Shown here: positions 19,211 through 30,183 of the stretch, one piece after another
Layout: every line of letters begins with the position of its first letter
Numbering within the stretch: the first letter of the stretch is position 1
Assembly: GCA_017535325.1 (NCBI GenBank)
Contig: JAFXUC010000139.1
Coordinates: 3,970 to 67,969 of the forward strand
Source of the DNA: Bacteroidales bacterium
GTDB taxonomy: Bacteria > Bacteroidota > Bacteroidia > Bacteroidales > UBA3824
Reading direction: 5' to 3'
DNA: 64,000 bases
The notes under the pieces: generated by a model
What the model saw: the letters and a program-made list of their open reading frames with translations, nothing else
Databases searched by the model: none
What the model was told of the DNA's origin: nothing
Translations under genes and position numbers: made by a program

Positions 19211-19226
19211 CCATTTCAGCGAAGTT

Positions 19227-19847
19227 TTATAATTGTCCGTTTTCTATTCTTACGATTATGTCCTCAATCATTTTGTCTTCTTCGAGGGCGTCGTATTCGC
19301 TTTTGAGGTTGCTGCCGAAAAGCCGCGCTATGCCCTGAAAAATAAACGCGCTGAACGAACCTTTCAACTCTTTTAAAACTTCGTATGTCGTGCTGCCGGT
19401 TTCCCTGTCAACAAGTTTGATGAGGATTCTGCCTTGCGTGATGCTCAGTTTTACGAGTTGGTCTTCAAACTGCGCCCTCAAAAGTTTTTCCTGCGATTTT
19501 ATGTACGCCTTCTGGTCTTCTTCGTTGTCGATCTTAGAGAGAGAATCGGTGAGTTGGGCATAAACACGTTTTATGATTTTTGCATACGGCCATACTTTTT
19601 TGACGTTGTAGACGAGTTTGTCGTATTTTGCTCTCTGACGCTCCGTGGTAAAAACAAAAGGCGGCATTATAACGATAGGATTGTGTCTGACAATGAGGAT
19701 TGTGTCGGGAGAACGGATTATTCCCGGAACAACCTCAGTCCGTTTCATCCTTTCGGTGTCCCTTAATTCGTCGCCGTGAAGAATGATTTGCGCATTCAGG
19801 TTCAGCCCGAAAAGTATGAATGATATTATCAAAAAAAAATGTTTCAT
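19227..19847 (-). CDS. DUF4294 family protein
   Basis: Signal peptide; KLVYNVKKVWPYAK, QGRILIKLVDRETG, ARLFGSNLKSEYD. Confidence 0.88.
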   Translation of the reverse strand: MKHFFLIISFILFGLNLNAQIILHGDELRDTERMKRTEVVPGIIRSPDTILIVRHNPIVIMPPFVFTTERQRAKYDKLVYNVKKVWPYAKIIKRVYAQLTDSLSKIDNEEDQKAYIKSQEKLLRAQFEDQLVKLSITQGRILIKLVDRETGSTTYEVLKELKGSFSAFIFQGIARLFGSNLKSEYDALEEDKMIEDIIVRIENGQL

Positions 19848-19962
19848 AGTATTTTTAAGTGTTAATAAGCCTGACCTTTTAATATCTGCGGCAAAATTAG
19901 TAATTGCGCGTGAAGTTTACAAATTATTTTTTACCTTTGCGTTCAAATCAAATTTTTTTTCT

Positions 19963-20883
19963 ATGAAAAAGATTGTTCCAAAAGCCTTGAAAAAAGGCGA
20001 CAAAGTCGGAATCGTCGCACCGGCGGGTTACGTCAGCGCGGAACAGATAAAGTCTGCCGTGAAAAAAGTTGAAAAGGCGGGTTTTGTTCCCGTTGTGGCG
20101 GAAAATATTTTGTCCCGCAACGGTTATCTCTCTGGAACTGACGAGGAAAGGGTGTTTCAGTTGAATTCGATGTTTAAAGCCCCTGACATTAAGGCTGTTG
20201 TAGCGGCAAGAGGCGGTTACGGCTGTTCGAGAATTTTGGATATGATTGATTATGACTCTCTTATGCAAAATCCGAAAATTTTGGGCGGATATTCCGACAT
20301 AACCGCTCTGATATGCGCCGTTTATAAAAAAACGGGTTTGGTGACATTTCATTCGTCGATGTTAATCCCTGAGGATACCGCTTACACGCGAAATTCAATG
20401 TGGGGAATTTTTCAAGACGGTAAAAAAGGTTTTTTAATTAAGCCGCAAAAAAGCAGTGAAGTAGAAGTTTTACGTCAGGGAAAAGCCTCAGGCGTACTTT
20501 TCGGCGGAAATTTAACGCTTTTGGAAACCTTAATCGGAACCGAATACGATTTTTCGCTTTTTAACAAGATACTTTTTATTGAGGAAATCAACGAGCCGCC
20601 TTACAAAGTGGACAGAATGTTAACGCATTTGAAAAACGCTAAGGATTTTTCGGGTTTGAAAGGTTTGATTTTCGGCAAGATGAAAGGCTGCGAAGCGCAG
20701 GGCGAAAACTCTCTGTCTTTGGATTATGTTATAAACGATTTTTGTAAAAACCTGAAAATTCCCGTTATCAAAAATTTTTCTTTCGGACACGTTAACGACC
20801 GTTGTACGTTTCCCGTGGGCGTAAGAGCCGAAATGAATACAGAAAATTTTCAGGTTAAACTTTTAGAAAACTGCGTGGAGTAG
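19963..20883 (+). CDS. LD-carboxypeptidase (peptidase S66, LdcA-like)
   Basis: LKKGDKVGIVAPAG, ARGGYG, GYSDIT (nucleophile), GGNL, FIEE, FGH. ATG 19963 is preferred. Confidence 0.94.
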   Translation: MKKIVPKALKKGDKVGIVAPAGYVSAEQIKSAVKKVEKAGFVPVVAENILSRNGYLSGTDEERVFQLNSMFKAPDIKAVVAARGGYGCSRILDMIDYDSLMQNPKILGGYSDITALICAVYKKTGLVTFHSSMLIPEDTAYTRNSMWGIFQDGKKGFLIKPQKSSEVEVLRQGKASGVLFGGNLTLLETLIGTEYDFSLFNKILFIEEINEPPYKVDRMLTHLKNAKDFSGLKGLIFGKMKGCEAQGENSLSLDYVINDFCKNLKIPVIKNFSFGHVNDRCTFPVGVRAEMNTENFQVKLLENCVE

Positions 20884-20896
20884 GGGAGAGAGAGGG

Positions 20897-22426
20897 TTAT
20901 TTAGCCCAGTCTGCGCCTTCCGCCGTTCTGCGCCATGCAAAATAACTGTCGAGAACTTTCATCGCTTCAAGGCTCGGCGTTTGTCCTTCATAAGGTTTAG
21001 GACCTGTTAAATACATAACTTTTTGGTTTTCAGTATTAAATTCTGGCCAAACAGGAACGTCTTTGCCGTTTGGGTCGCCGGTCTTTGCAAAATTGGTCCA
21101 GTATTCGCCGATTGCTTTTGAAAGGGCGATGTCGCTGTCTCCGGTGTGGACGTGCTGGAAAACAAAGTTTACGTCCTGACCGTGGTATGAGCCTTCCGAA
21201 TTTGCGGGCGGCTGGTCAAAATAGTAAAGATAAACCTTTGATTTGCCTTTTTGAGACTGCAAACTTGCCCAAGCCCATGTCTGCCAGCCGAAAGCCGCGT
21301 CGCGCATCAGGTCGCGGGCTGTTTTGTTTAGTTTCTGCTCTTCGCCCAAGGGGTAGGCTTTAAGAAGCGTGTCTGCAAATTTTCCGTAACGCCTTTCAAC
21401 GTTTGCTGGGTGCGTTTCGTAAGTGTCGCCCCATGAAAAACTTGCGCCTTCGTCAGAATTGTAGCCCACGAGAATGTCAACGTCGTTGAAATCGCCTTTT
21501 TCGTAAAGCGTATATTGGTTGTCTTTTATCACGTAACCGTCAACGATAGGCCATGCACCGAATCCCGACATGTCCCTGCCTGCAAACTGCTCTGCGGGTA
21601 AGGCGCGGAGTTCCGCGAGGGATTTTGCGCCGAGTTTTTCCGCAATTTTCAAGCCGTCGTTTTCAGCCATTTTTAAGGTTTTCATGTTTTCGCCAGGATA
21701 GGTGGTTTCCCTGACCGGTCCGAAAGAGCCGCCGCTCTGTGAAATCGCCCTTCTGAACAGGCCTTTTGCAAGCGGTGAGGCGCAAAGCATGCTTACGGAA
21801 ATTCCGCCCGCGCTCTCGCCGAAAATCGTAACGTTTGCGGGGTCGCCGCCGAATTTTTCGATGTTGTTTTTAACCCATGTGAGACCGGCGATTTGGTCTA
21901 AAAGTCCGTAGTTGCCGCTTACGTGCTGAGGATTTTCAGCCGTCAACTCCGGGTGCGACAAAAAGCCGAGGTTGCCGACCCTGTACGCCACCGAAACGAG
22001 GACAACGCCTTTTCTTGCCAAAGGTTCGCCGTCGTAACTTGCCTCTGCGGTAGAGCCGAAAGAAAAGCCGCCGCCGTATATCCAAACCATTACGGGAAGT
22101 TTGTCTTCGGGTGTTTTTGCCGGTGTCCAGACGTTGAGGTAAAGACAATCTTCGCTGAAAGCCGCCGTGTTTTGTCCGCCTTGTATGGGACCTTTGGCAA
22201 ATTCAACGGTCTTTTTTACTCCGTCCCAAGGCGTTAAAGGCTGGGGGGCTTTCCATCTCAAATCACCGACAGGCGGCGCGGCAAACGGTATGCCTTTGAA
22301 AATTTTGAGGCTGTCTTTTTCCAGACCTTCAATCCGTCCGCCTTCTACATCTGCGACGTTGCTTACTTGTTTCTGACACGAAAAGCAAAACAACGCCAAA
22401 CAAAAAAGTAATGCTGTTTTTTTCAT
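20897..22426 (-). CDS. Type-B carboxylesterase/lipase family lipoprotein
   Basis: Lipobox FCFSC; FKGIPFAAPPVGDLRW, SEDCLYLNVW, FGESAGG, YWTNFAKTGDPN. Start set at MKKTALL. Confidence 0.94.
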   Translation of the reverse strand: MKKTALLFCLALFCFSCQKQVSNVADVEGGRIEGLEKDSLKIFKGIPFAAPPVGDLRWKAPQPLTPWDGVKKTVEFAKGPIQGGQNTAAFSEDCLYLNVWTPAKTPEDKLPVMVWIYGGGFSFGSTAEASYDGEPLARKGVVLVSVAYRVGNLGFLSHPELTAENPQHVSGNYGLLDQIAGLTWVKNNIEKFGGDPANVTIFGESAGGISVSMLCASPLAKGLFRRAISQSGGSFGPVRETTYPGENMKTLKMAENDGLKIAEKLGAKSLAELRALPAEQFAGRDMSGFGAWPIVDGYVIKDNQYTLYEKGDFNDVDILVGYNSDEGASFSWGDTYETHPANVERRYGKFADTLLKAYPLGEEQKLNKTARDLMRDAAFGWQTWAWASLQSQKGKSKVYLYYFDQPPANSEGSYHGQDVNFVFQHVHTGDSDIALSKAIGEYWTNFAKTGDPNGKDVPVWPEFNTENQKVMYLTGPKPYEGQTPSLEAMKVLDSYFAWRRTAEGADWAK

Positions 22427-22532
22427 ATTATCAGTGTTAATAAATGTGCGCGGTAAAGATATAAAATATTTTTTTGACGGTTCATTTTTTTTTATTAAAA
22501 TTGCAGAGTAAAATGTACGGAAAAATTTTGAG

Positions 22533-23363
22533 ATGAATATCAGTTTGTTTACACAGCATATTAAGGTTTTTGTTGCGGAGGTTTCTCCCGATATGAAGGA
22601 AGTCCGCGACAAATTGTGCGTTGTTTTATCAAAGGCGGGGATAGAGGTCATAAAAGAGCAGGCTTTGATTTCCGAGGCTGATTGCAGTGTTCATATTTTA
22701 GGCTCGGTGGATTTTTACAACGAAGGCTCCGAGGGCTACTTCTTTGATATGGGCGTTCAGTACCGGGAGGCGGCAAAGTTGAGAAATTCGGGCTTGAAAA
22801 TGTTTATCTGGAATCCCGCTTCAAGGTCTGAGGCATACGTCAACAGCATACGCCGCGAAATTATCGAAAATACGGTTTATTCCACAAAGCCCTCGCCGAT
22901 TGTCTTTGTGGAGGAGTTGAGGGGCATTATGAGCGTCAAGACCTCGGCAAAGCAGGAAGTTATCGAAAGGGACGTGTTTTTTATTTACAACGACTTGGAC
23001 AAGGACTCTGCGGGCGGCATTCTGAATATGTTGCAGGACGTTCAGACGGTGATTCCGCTCGGTATTGCCATGAACTCCGAGACCGATTACACCGAATACA
23101 TCAAAACCCAGTTGACAGGCTGCAAAATTGGTGTCGTATATTTCGACTATGCCGGAGACTGGGCTGTGTCTTTTGCGCGTCAGATTTGGAAAGACAACGG
23201 CGGACAGTCCGGAAAAACGCCGCTCTTTATCGTCGGAAACGCCGACCATGCAAACGAGAATATTTTAAGGGTTTTTGACGGGGTTATTGAGACCGCCGTG
23301 CGCGAAATCAGCATTATTCCTCTTGACATAAAAGTATTTTTTGACAAACACGTAAAAAAATAG
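22533..23363 (+). CDS. Hypothetical protein with two TIR/DUF4062-like alpha-beta domains
   Basis: Two repeats of a strand-helix pattern: KVFVAEVSPDMKEVRDKL...ADCSVHILG and DVFFIYNDLDKDSA...GCKIGVVYF. The fold assignment is by eye. Confidence 0.55.
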   Translation: MNISLFTQHIKVFVAEVSPDMKEVRDKLCVVLSKAGIEVIKEQALISEADCSVHILGSVDFYNEGSEGYFFDMGVQYREAAKLRNSGLKMFIWNPASRSEAYVNSIRREIIENTVYSTKPSPIVFVEELRGIMSVKTSAKQEVIERDVFFIYNDLDKDSAGGILNMLQDVQTVIPLGIAMNSETDYTEYIKTQLTGCKIGVVYFDYAGDWAVSFARQIWKDNGGQSGKTPLFIVGNADHANENILRVFDGVIETAVREISIIPLDIKVFFDKHVKK

Positions 23364-23390
23364 CATATAAGTTGTCTTTTGGGACAAAAT

Positions 23391-23433
23391 AAAAAACGCC
23401 GGTATGAGAAAGGATAAATGCCGGCGTTTTTTT
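23391..23433. terminator. Bidirectional terminator-like hairpin with a large purine-rich loop
   Basis: AAAAAACGCCGG...CCGGCGTTTTTT stem; the loop contains AGAAAGGA. Confidence 0.75.
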
Positions 23434-23443
23434 CAAAAAAAAA

Positions 23444-23470
23444 AATTACTAATTACTAATTAATTACTAA
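23444..23470 (+). repeat. Short heptamer array (AATTACT)x3, interrupted
   Basis: aattact aattact aatt aattact aa. Confidence 0.65.
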
Positions 23471-23667
23471 AACAATTTAACGTTAAGATCAAAAAAATTA
23501 TACGGTTATTGAAAAATCTGTGCAAAGTAAATAATTATTTATTTTATTGTATTTTCTTTATGTTTCAGATTTTTATATTTTTGTTACAATGTTTTGTTTT
23601 TTTGAAAAAAAACATCTTTTTGTTACCAAAACATAAGAATTTGAAACTTTTAAACTGTTTTTTTTGA

Positions 23668-25854
<2,187 letters not shown>

Positions 25855-25872
25855 TATTTGTTTTTATCAGTT

Positions 25873-25918
25873 ACGGACTGTATACCTGCTTTTGCCGGTT
25901 TACAGTCCGTTTTTTTTT
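25873..25918 (+). terminator. Rho-independent terminator after the xylanase gene
   Basis: ACGGACTGTA...TACAGTCCGT followed by a T run. Confidence 0.8.
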
Positions 25919-25951
25919 GTTTTTTAATTTGCAAATCTTAATATAAAACTC

Positions 25952-26024
25952 TATTTTTGCGGCAAAAGGTGGTAGTACTACCACCTTTTTTGGGGTGGTA
26001 ACTTACCACCTTTTATGGTGGTAT
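25952..26024 (+). promoter_or_regulatory. Promoter followed by an array of GGTGGTA/TACCACC palindromes (candidate operators)
   Basis: TATTTTTG at 25952-25959; perfect 26-bp palindrome AAAAGGTGGTAGTACTACCACCTTTT at 25964-25989; GGTGGTAA-C-TTACCACC at 25994-26010; half-site GGTGGTA at 26017-26023. Confidence 0.7.
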
Positions 26025-26040
26025 AAATAAAAATTCGGTT

Positions 26041-27117
26041 ATGAAAGAATTAAATAAACTGTACGAAAAATGGATGTCGTTGCAACCGTTGAGCGAAAAA
26101 CAGCAAGATATTTTGAGTAAAAAATTTACTGTTGAATACAATTATAACAGTAATCATATTGAGGGTAATACTTTGACATACGGTCAGACAGAATTGTTGT
26201 TGATGTTTGGAACGGTAAGCGGGGAAAACCATTTGCATGATTTTGTTGAGATGAAAGCAAGTCAGGTCGGACTTAAAATGATGAGTGAAGAAGTTAAAGC
26301 GGAAAATATGCCTTTAACACAAAATTTTATCCGCACATTGCATAAAACTTTGCTAAGAGAAGATTACACCGTTTACCGAAATCTTCCGGGCGGGGTTACT
26401 ACATCTTTTATAATTCATGCCGGACAATACAAAACTCGTCCAAACAGTGTTATAACACGTTACGGCGACCGTTTTGAATATGCTTCACCCGAAGAGACGC
26501 CCGCTTTGATGACTTCGCTCGTTGACTGGTACAACAAGGAGGAAAAGCGCGGCAAACTTTCGCCCGTGGAGTTGGCGGCTTTGTTTCATTATCGTTATAT
26601 TAGAATCCATCCGTTTGAGGACGGTAACGGCAGAATTGCGCGTTTGTTGGTTAATTATATTTTTTCACGGCACAATTGGCCGATGATTGTTGTTAGAAGC
26701 AGAAATAAAAACGAATATTTGGAAGCCTTGCATCAAACGGATATGCTTGTAGGTACTGCACCGTCCGACGGAGCTGCGGCAACTATTTCGCAAATAGAAC
26801 CGTTTCTGAAATATTTTAAGGAATTGGTAAAACGGGAACTTCAATACAATATTTCGTTTGTTGAAAAAAGCGGTGAAAATATTTGGTGGTATGACGGTCA
26901 GCAGTTGGAGTTCCGGTCTCCGAATGTTCCGAAATTACTCTCAATTTTGCAGCAAAATCCGAGCATAACGTATGCTGAGCTTTCAAAAGAGTTGGGTATC
27001 AATACTTCTGCCGTTCAAAAACTTTTGACGGGATTAAAAGAAAAAGGTTATATTCAAAGGCGTAACCATGAAAAAATGTGGTATGTTTCGGCGGTTTCGT
27101 CTTTATTAAAAGCGTAA
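26041..27117 (+). CDS. Fic family protein (class II) with C-terminal winged HTH
   Basis: Inhibitory motif SNHIEGN, catalytic loop HPFEDGNGRIAR, and HTH NPSITYAELSKELGINTSAVQKLLTGLKEKGYI. Confidence 0.94.
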   Translation: MKELNKLYEKWMSLQPLSEKQQDILSKKFTVEYNYNSNHIEGNTLTYGQTELLLMFGTVSGENHLHDFVEMKASQVGLKMMSEEVKAENMPLTQNFIRTLHKTLLREDYTVYRNLPGGVTTSFIIHAGQYKTRPNSVITRYGDRFEYASPEETPALMTSLVDWYNKEEKRGKLSPVELAALFHYRYIRIHPFEDGNGRIARLLVNYIFSRHNWPMIVVRSRNKNEYLEALHQTDMLVGTAPSDGAAATISQIEPFLKYFKELVKRELQYNISFVEKSGENIWWYDGQQLEFRSPNVPKLLSILQQNPSITYAELSKELGINTSAVQKLLTGLKEKGYIQRRNHEKMWYVSAVSSLLKA

Positions 27118-27121
27118 AAAA

Positions 27122-27952
27122 ATGTCAGTTAAAGTAGAAAATCTTACAAAACTTTACGGTGAAAACAAAGCCGTTGACAATATAAGTTTTAACATAAATT
27201 CGGGCGAGGTTGTGGGCTTTTTGGGTCCTAACGGCGCAGGAAAAAGTACAACCATGAAAATCATTACCGGTTGTATTGCAAGCGATTCCGGCGAGGTTTT
27301 TATTAACGGCGTCAACATCAAAGACGATATGAATGCCTTAAAAAAAACTATCGGTTATCTTCCCGAAAACAATCCGCTTTATCTTAACATGTACGTCAAA
27401 GAGTATCTCGAATATTCCGCGCAGATGTATTTGCAAAAAAGCGAAGTTAAAAAAGCAGTTGAAGCGGCGGTTGAAGCGGTCGGTCTCGGCGAACATCAGT
27501 TCAAGAAGATAGGGGAGTTGTCAAAAGGTTACAAACAAAGAACTGGAATTGCCCGTGCAATGGTTCACAATCCGTCTATTTTGATTCTTGACGAGCCTAC
27601 AACAGGTCTTGACCCAAATCAAATCGTTGAAATCCGAAATCTTATAAAAGAACTCGGAAAAGAAAAAACCGTCATACTTTCAACGCATATCATGCAGGAG
27701 GCTGAGGCGGTCTGCGACCGTGCGGTTATTATCAACAAGGGCAAAATTGTTGCCGACGACACGCTCAAAAACCTCAAAGCCCCGAAATCGTCGGATTCGA
27801 TAACCGTGGAGTTTGGTCTCGGCGGCAATTTCAGCGGCAATTTTGAGGAAATGATAAAAGCGTTTGCCGAAAAAGAAGGGCTTTCTGTTTTGTCGATAAC
27901 AAAGAGCAAAGGAAATCTTGAAAATATTTTTAGGGAACTTACGCAGAAATAA
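27122..27952 (+). CDS. gldA: Gliding-motility-associated ABC transporter ATP-binding subunit
   Basis: GPNGAGKST, GYLPENNPLY, LSKGYKQR, DEPTTGLDPNQIVEIR, LSTHIMQE and an LENIFRELT end. The C-terminal domain is somewhat short. Confidence 0.75.
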   Translation: MSVKVENLTKLYGENKAVDNISFNINSGEVVGFLGPNGAGKSTTMKIITGCIASDSGEVFINGVNIKDDMNALKKTIGYLPENNPLYLNMYVKEYLEYSAQMYLQKSEVKKAVEAAVEAVGLGEHQFKKIGELSKGYKQRTGIARAMVHNPSILILDEPTTGLDPNQIVEIRNLIKELGKEKTVILSTHIMQEAEAVCDRAVIINKGKIVADDTLKNLKAPKSSDSITVEFGLGGNFSGNFEEMIKAFAEKEGLSVLSITKSKGNLENIFRELTQK

Positions 27953-28004
27953 GATTTATTTTGTATATTTGCGCATTGTTAAAAATATTAAACCATAATC
28001 TAAA

Positions 28005-29051
28005 ATGGATAACAATAAAAACGAGTTGGCCCCGCTTGACTGGGCAAACATAGGGTTCGGTTACATAAGAACCGATTACAATGTCAGATGCTATTACCGC
28101 AACGGAAAATGGGGCGAAATAGAAATTCATTCTGACGAGAATATTTCAATGCACATGGCTGCAACCTGCCTGCATTACGGTCAGGAGAGTTTTGAAGGCT
28201 TGAAAGCATACCGCGGAAAAGACGGCAAAGTGAGACTTTTCCGTCCCGACGAAAACGCTATGCGTATGCAAAGTACTTCACGCGGTATTTTGATGCCGGA
28301 AGTGCCTACCGAAATGTTTATCGAAATGGTGGAAAAAGCCGTTAAACTCAACGCGCGTTTTATTCCGCCTTACGGTTACGGCGCAACACTTTATATCCGT
28401 CCGCTGATGATTGGCGTGGGCGCGACGGTCGGCGTTAAACCTTCGCCGGAATATTTGTTTATGATTTTTGTTACGCCGGTAGGAGCGTATTTCAAAGGCG
28501 GTTTTGCAACAGGCAACTATATGATTGTCAGGGATTATGACCGTTCTGCACCGCTCGGTACGGGTATTTACAAAGTCGGCGGCAACTATGCGGCTTCGCT
28601 CAAAGCAAACAAAATGGCTCACGATATGGGTTATATGTCAGAATTTTATCTCGATGCAAAAGAGAAAAAATATATGGACGAGTGCGGCGCGGCAAACTTT
28701 TTCGGTATCAAAAACAACACTTATGTTACCCCGAAATCGACGTCGATTCTGCCCTCAATCACCAACAAGAGCCTTATGCAACTTGCAGAATGGATGGGCA
28801 TGAAAGTAGAACGCCGTCCTATTCCGGAAGAAGAGTTGGAAACCTTTGAAGAGGCGGGCGCATGCGGTACGGCTGCGGTAATTTCGCCGATTCACGAAAT
28901 TGACGATCCGAAAACCGGCAAAAAATACGTTATCGCAAAAGACGGCAAACCCGGTCCCATAAGCAAAAAACTTTACGAAAAATACACCGCAATTCAGTTC
29001 GGCGAATGTGAAGACCCGTTCGGCTGGACAAGAGTAATTGAAGGTATTTAA
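28005..29051 (+). CDS. ilvE: Branched-chain amino acid aminotransferase
   Basis: LHYGQESFEGLKAY, LYIRP, KVGGNYAAS, ILPSIT, CGTAAVISP. Promoter TATATTTG at 27964-27971. Confidence 0.96.
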   Translation: MDNNKNELAPLDWANIGFGYIRTDYNVRCYYRNGKWGEIEIHSDENISMHMAATCLHYGQESFEGLKAYRGKDGKVRLFRPDENAMRMQSTSRGILMPEVPTEMFIEMVEKAVKLNARFIPPYGYGATLYIRPLMIGVGATVGVKPSPEYLFMIFVTPVGAYFKGGFATGNYMIVRDYDRSAPLGTGIYKVGGNYAASLKANKMAHDMGYMSEFYLDAKEKKYMDECGAANFFGIKNNTYVTPKSTSILPSITNKSLMQLAEWMGMKVERRPIPEEELETFEEAGACGTAAVISPIHEIDDPKTGKKYVIAKDGKPGPISKKLYEKYTAIQFGECEDPFGWTRVIEGI

Positions 29052-29059
29052 TGAAAAAT

Positions 29060-29091
29060 AAAAAAGCGTGCTAAAAAATGCACGCTTTTTT
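29060..29091. terminator. Bidirectional terminator between ilvE and the second Fic gene
   Basis: AAAAAAGCGTGC...GCACGCTTTTTT. Confidence 0.8.
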
Positions 29092-30037
29092 ATTCAGATT
29101 TTTCAATATGAAAATAACCGCCGCTGCGAAGCGGGCCTCTAAATTCTACAAGTCCTTGTTTTCTTAACGTTCCTATTGTCCGTTGGAGTTTTATAAAACT
29201 TACCTGTTGTACAAACTCCTTGATTTGCATAATTTTGATGCCGGGATTCTCTTGTATTGCTTTAAGTACTGTTTCACTGCAATCCACGTTTCTTAAATGA
29301 CGTTTTTTATGTGCGCTGTAAGTGTCTTTTTCGCTTTTGAAAAGTATGCTCTGACTTGACAAGGCGCATTTTGCAATAAAATTTGTAAAGTCTTCGGTCA
29401 ACTCTTTGCTTTCTTTTATCAGACGGTCATATTCGGGCTTAACGTCGGCGGGGATAATTACAGGCGTAAACTTTCGCCGTAAAACGCCCAAATTCATTAT
29501 AAGCCGCGCCATTTTGCCGTTGCCGCCTTTAAACGGGTGTATGTAAATGTATTCGTGATATGCCTTTGCCGCAAACCTCATAATGTTTTCTTCGGAGTCA
29601 TCGCTGTTGAACCATTCCAAAAATTTTTTCATTTTCAGGGCTATGACCTTGTTTTTGCCCTCCGGATATTTGCCCGCTACAAAGTCCGGCGTGCGCGAAT
29701 GAAGGGTTTTATGAAGAAATTTGATGTTGTCTTCCGTTATTTCCTGTTTGTCTATGAATTGAAAAATTCTTTCGTATGCGTCATATTGTTCCAAAATTTC
29801 GTTTCCTGCGGCGGTTTCGTCTTCGGATTCAGCAAAACCGTTTTCAATTACGTTTTTGACGGTTTGTTTCGTTACCGTCGTCCCGCTTAATGAAAGGCTG
29901 CTGTAAACAAACGGAACAGCATATTTCTCTTTCAGCGCGTTGAAGAATTTCTTCTCCTCGCCGCATTTAAAAGAATAATTGTCCCTGTTTTGTGCAAATT
30001 CTGACGCTGCCGTTTCAATATTGATTAGTGTTTCCAT
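29090..30037 (-). CDS. Divergent Fic family protein with C-terminal HTH
   Basis: Loop HPFKGGNGKMAR is non-canonical; SSLSLSG occupies the inhibitory-motif position. C-terminal IQENPGIK...LRKQGLVEFRG...GGY HTH. Confidence 0.85.
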   Translation of the reverse strand: METLINIETAASEFAQNRDNYSFKCGEEKKFFNALKEKYAVPFVYSSLSLSGTTVTKQTVKNVIENGFAESEDETAAGNEILEQYDAYERIFQFIDKQEITEDNIKFLHKTLHSRTPDFVAGKYPEGKNKVIALKMKKFLEWFNSDDSEENIMRFAAKAYHEYIYIHPFKGGNGKMARLIMNLGVLRRKFTPVIIPADVKPEYDRLIKESKELTEDFTNFIAKCALSSQSILFKSEKDTYSAHKKRHLRNVDCSETVLKAIQENPGIKIMQIKEFVQQVSFIKLQRTIGTLRKQGLVEFRGPLRSGGYFHIEKSE

Positions 30038-30183
30038 AATCCGAATACTTTTAAAAGTTTGCTAAATTATATACAAAAAATCAATTTTCCAAATCTTTTT
30101 TCAAAAAATTTTTTACATATAATACAAAAAAAACAGCAAGAAAACCTTGACGCAGGTTTTCTTGCCGTTTAAGAAAAAAAGTT

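Noticed and set aside
25964-26024. Palindromic repeats as a mini-CRISPR array
   Set aside because: Units are too short, there are no spacers of 25-45 nt, and no cas genes are present.
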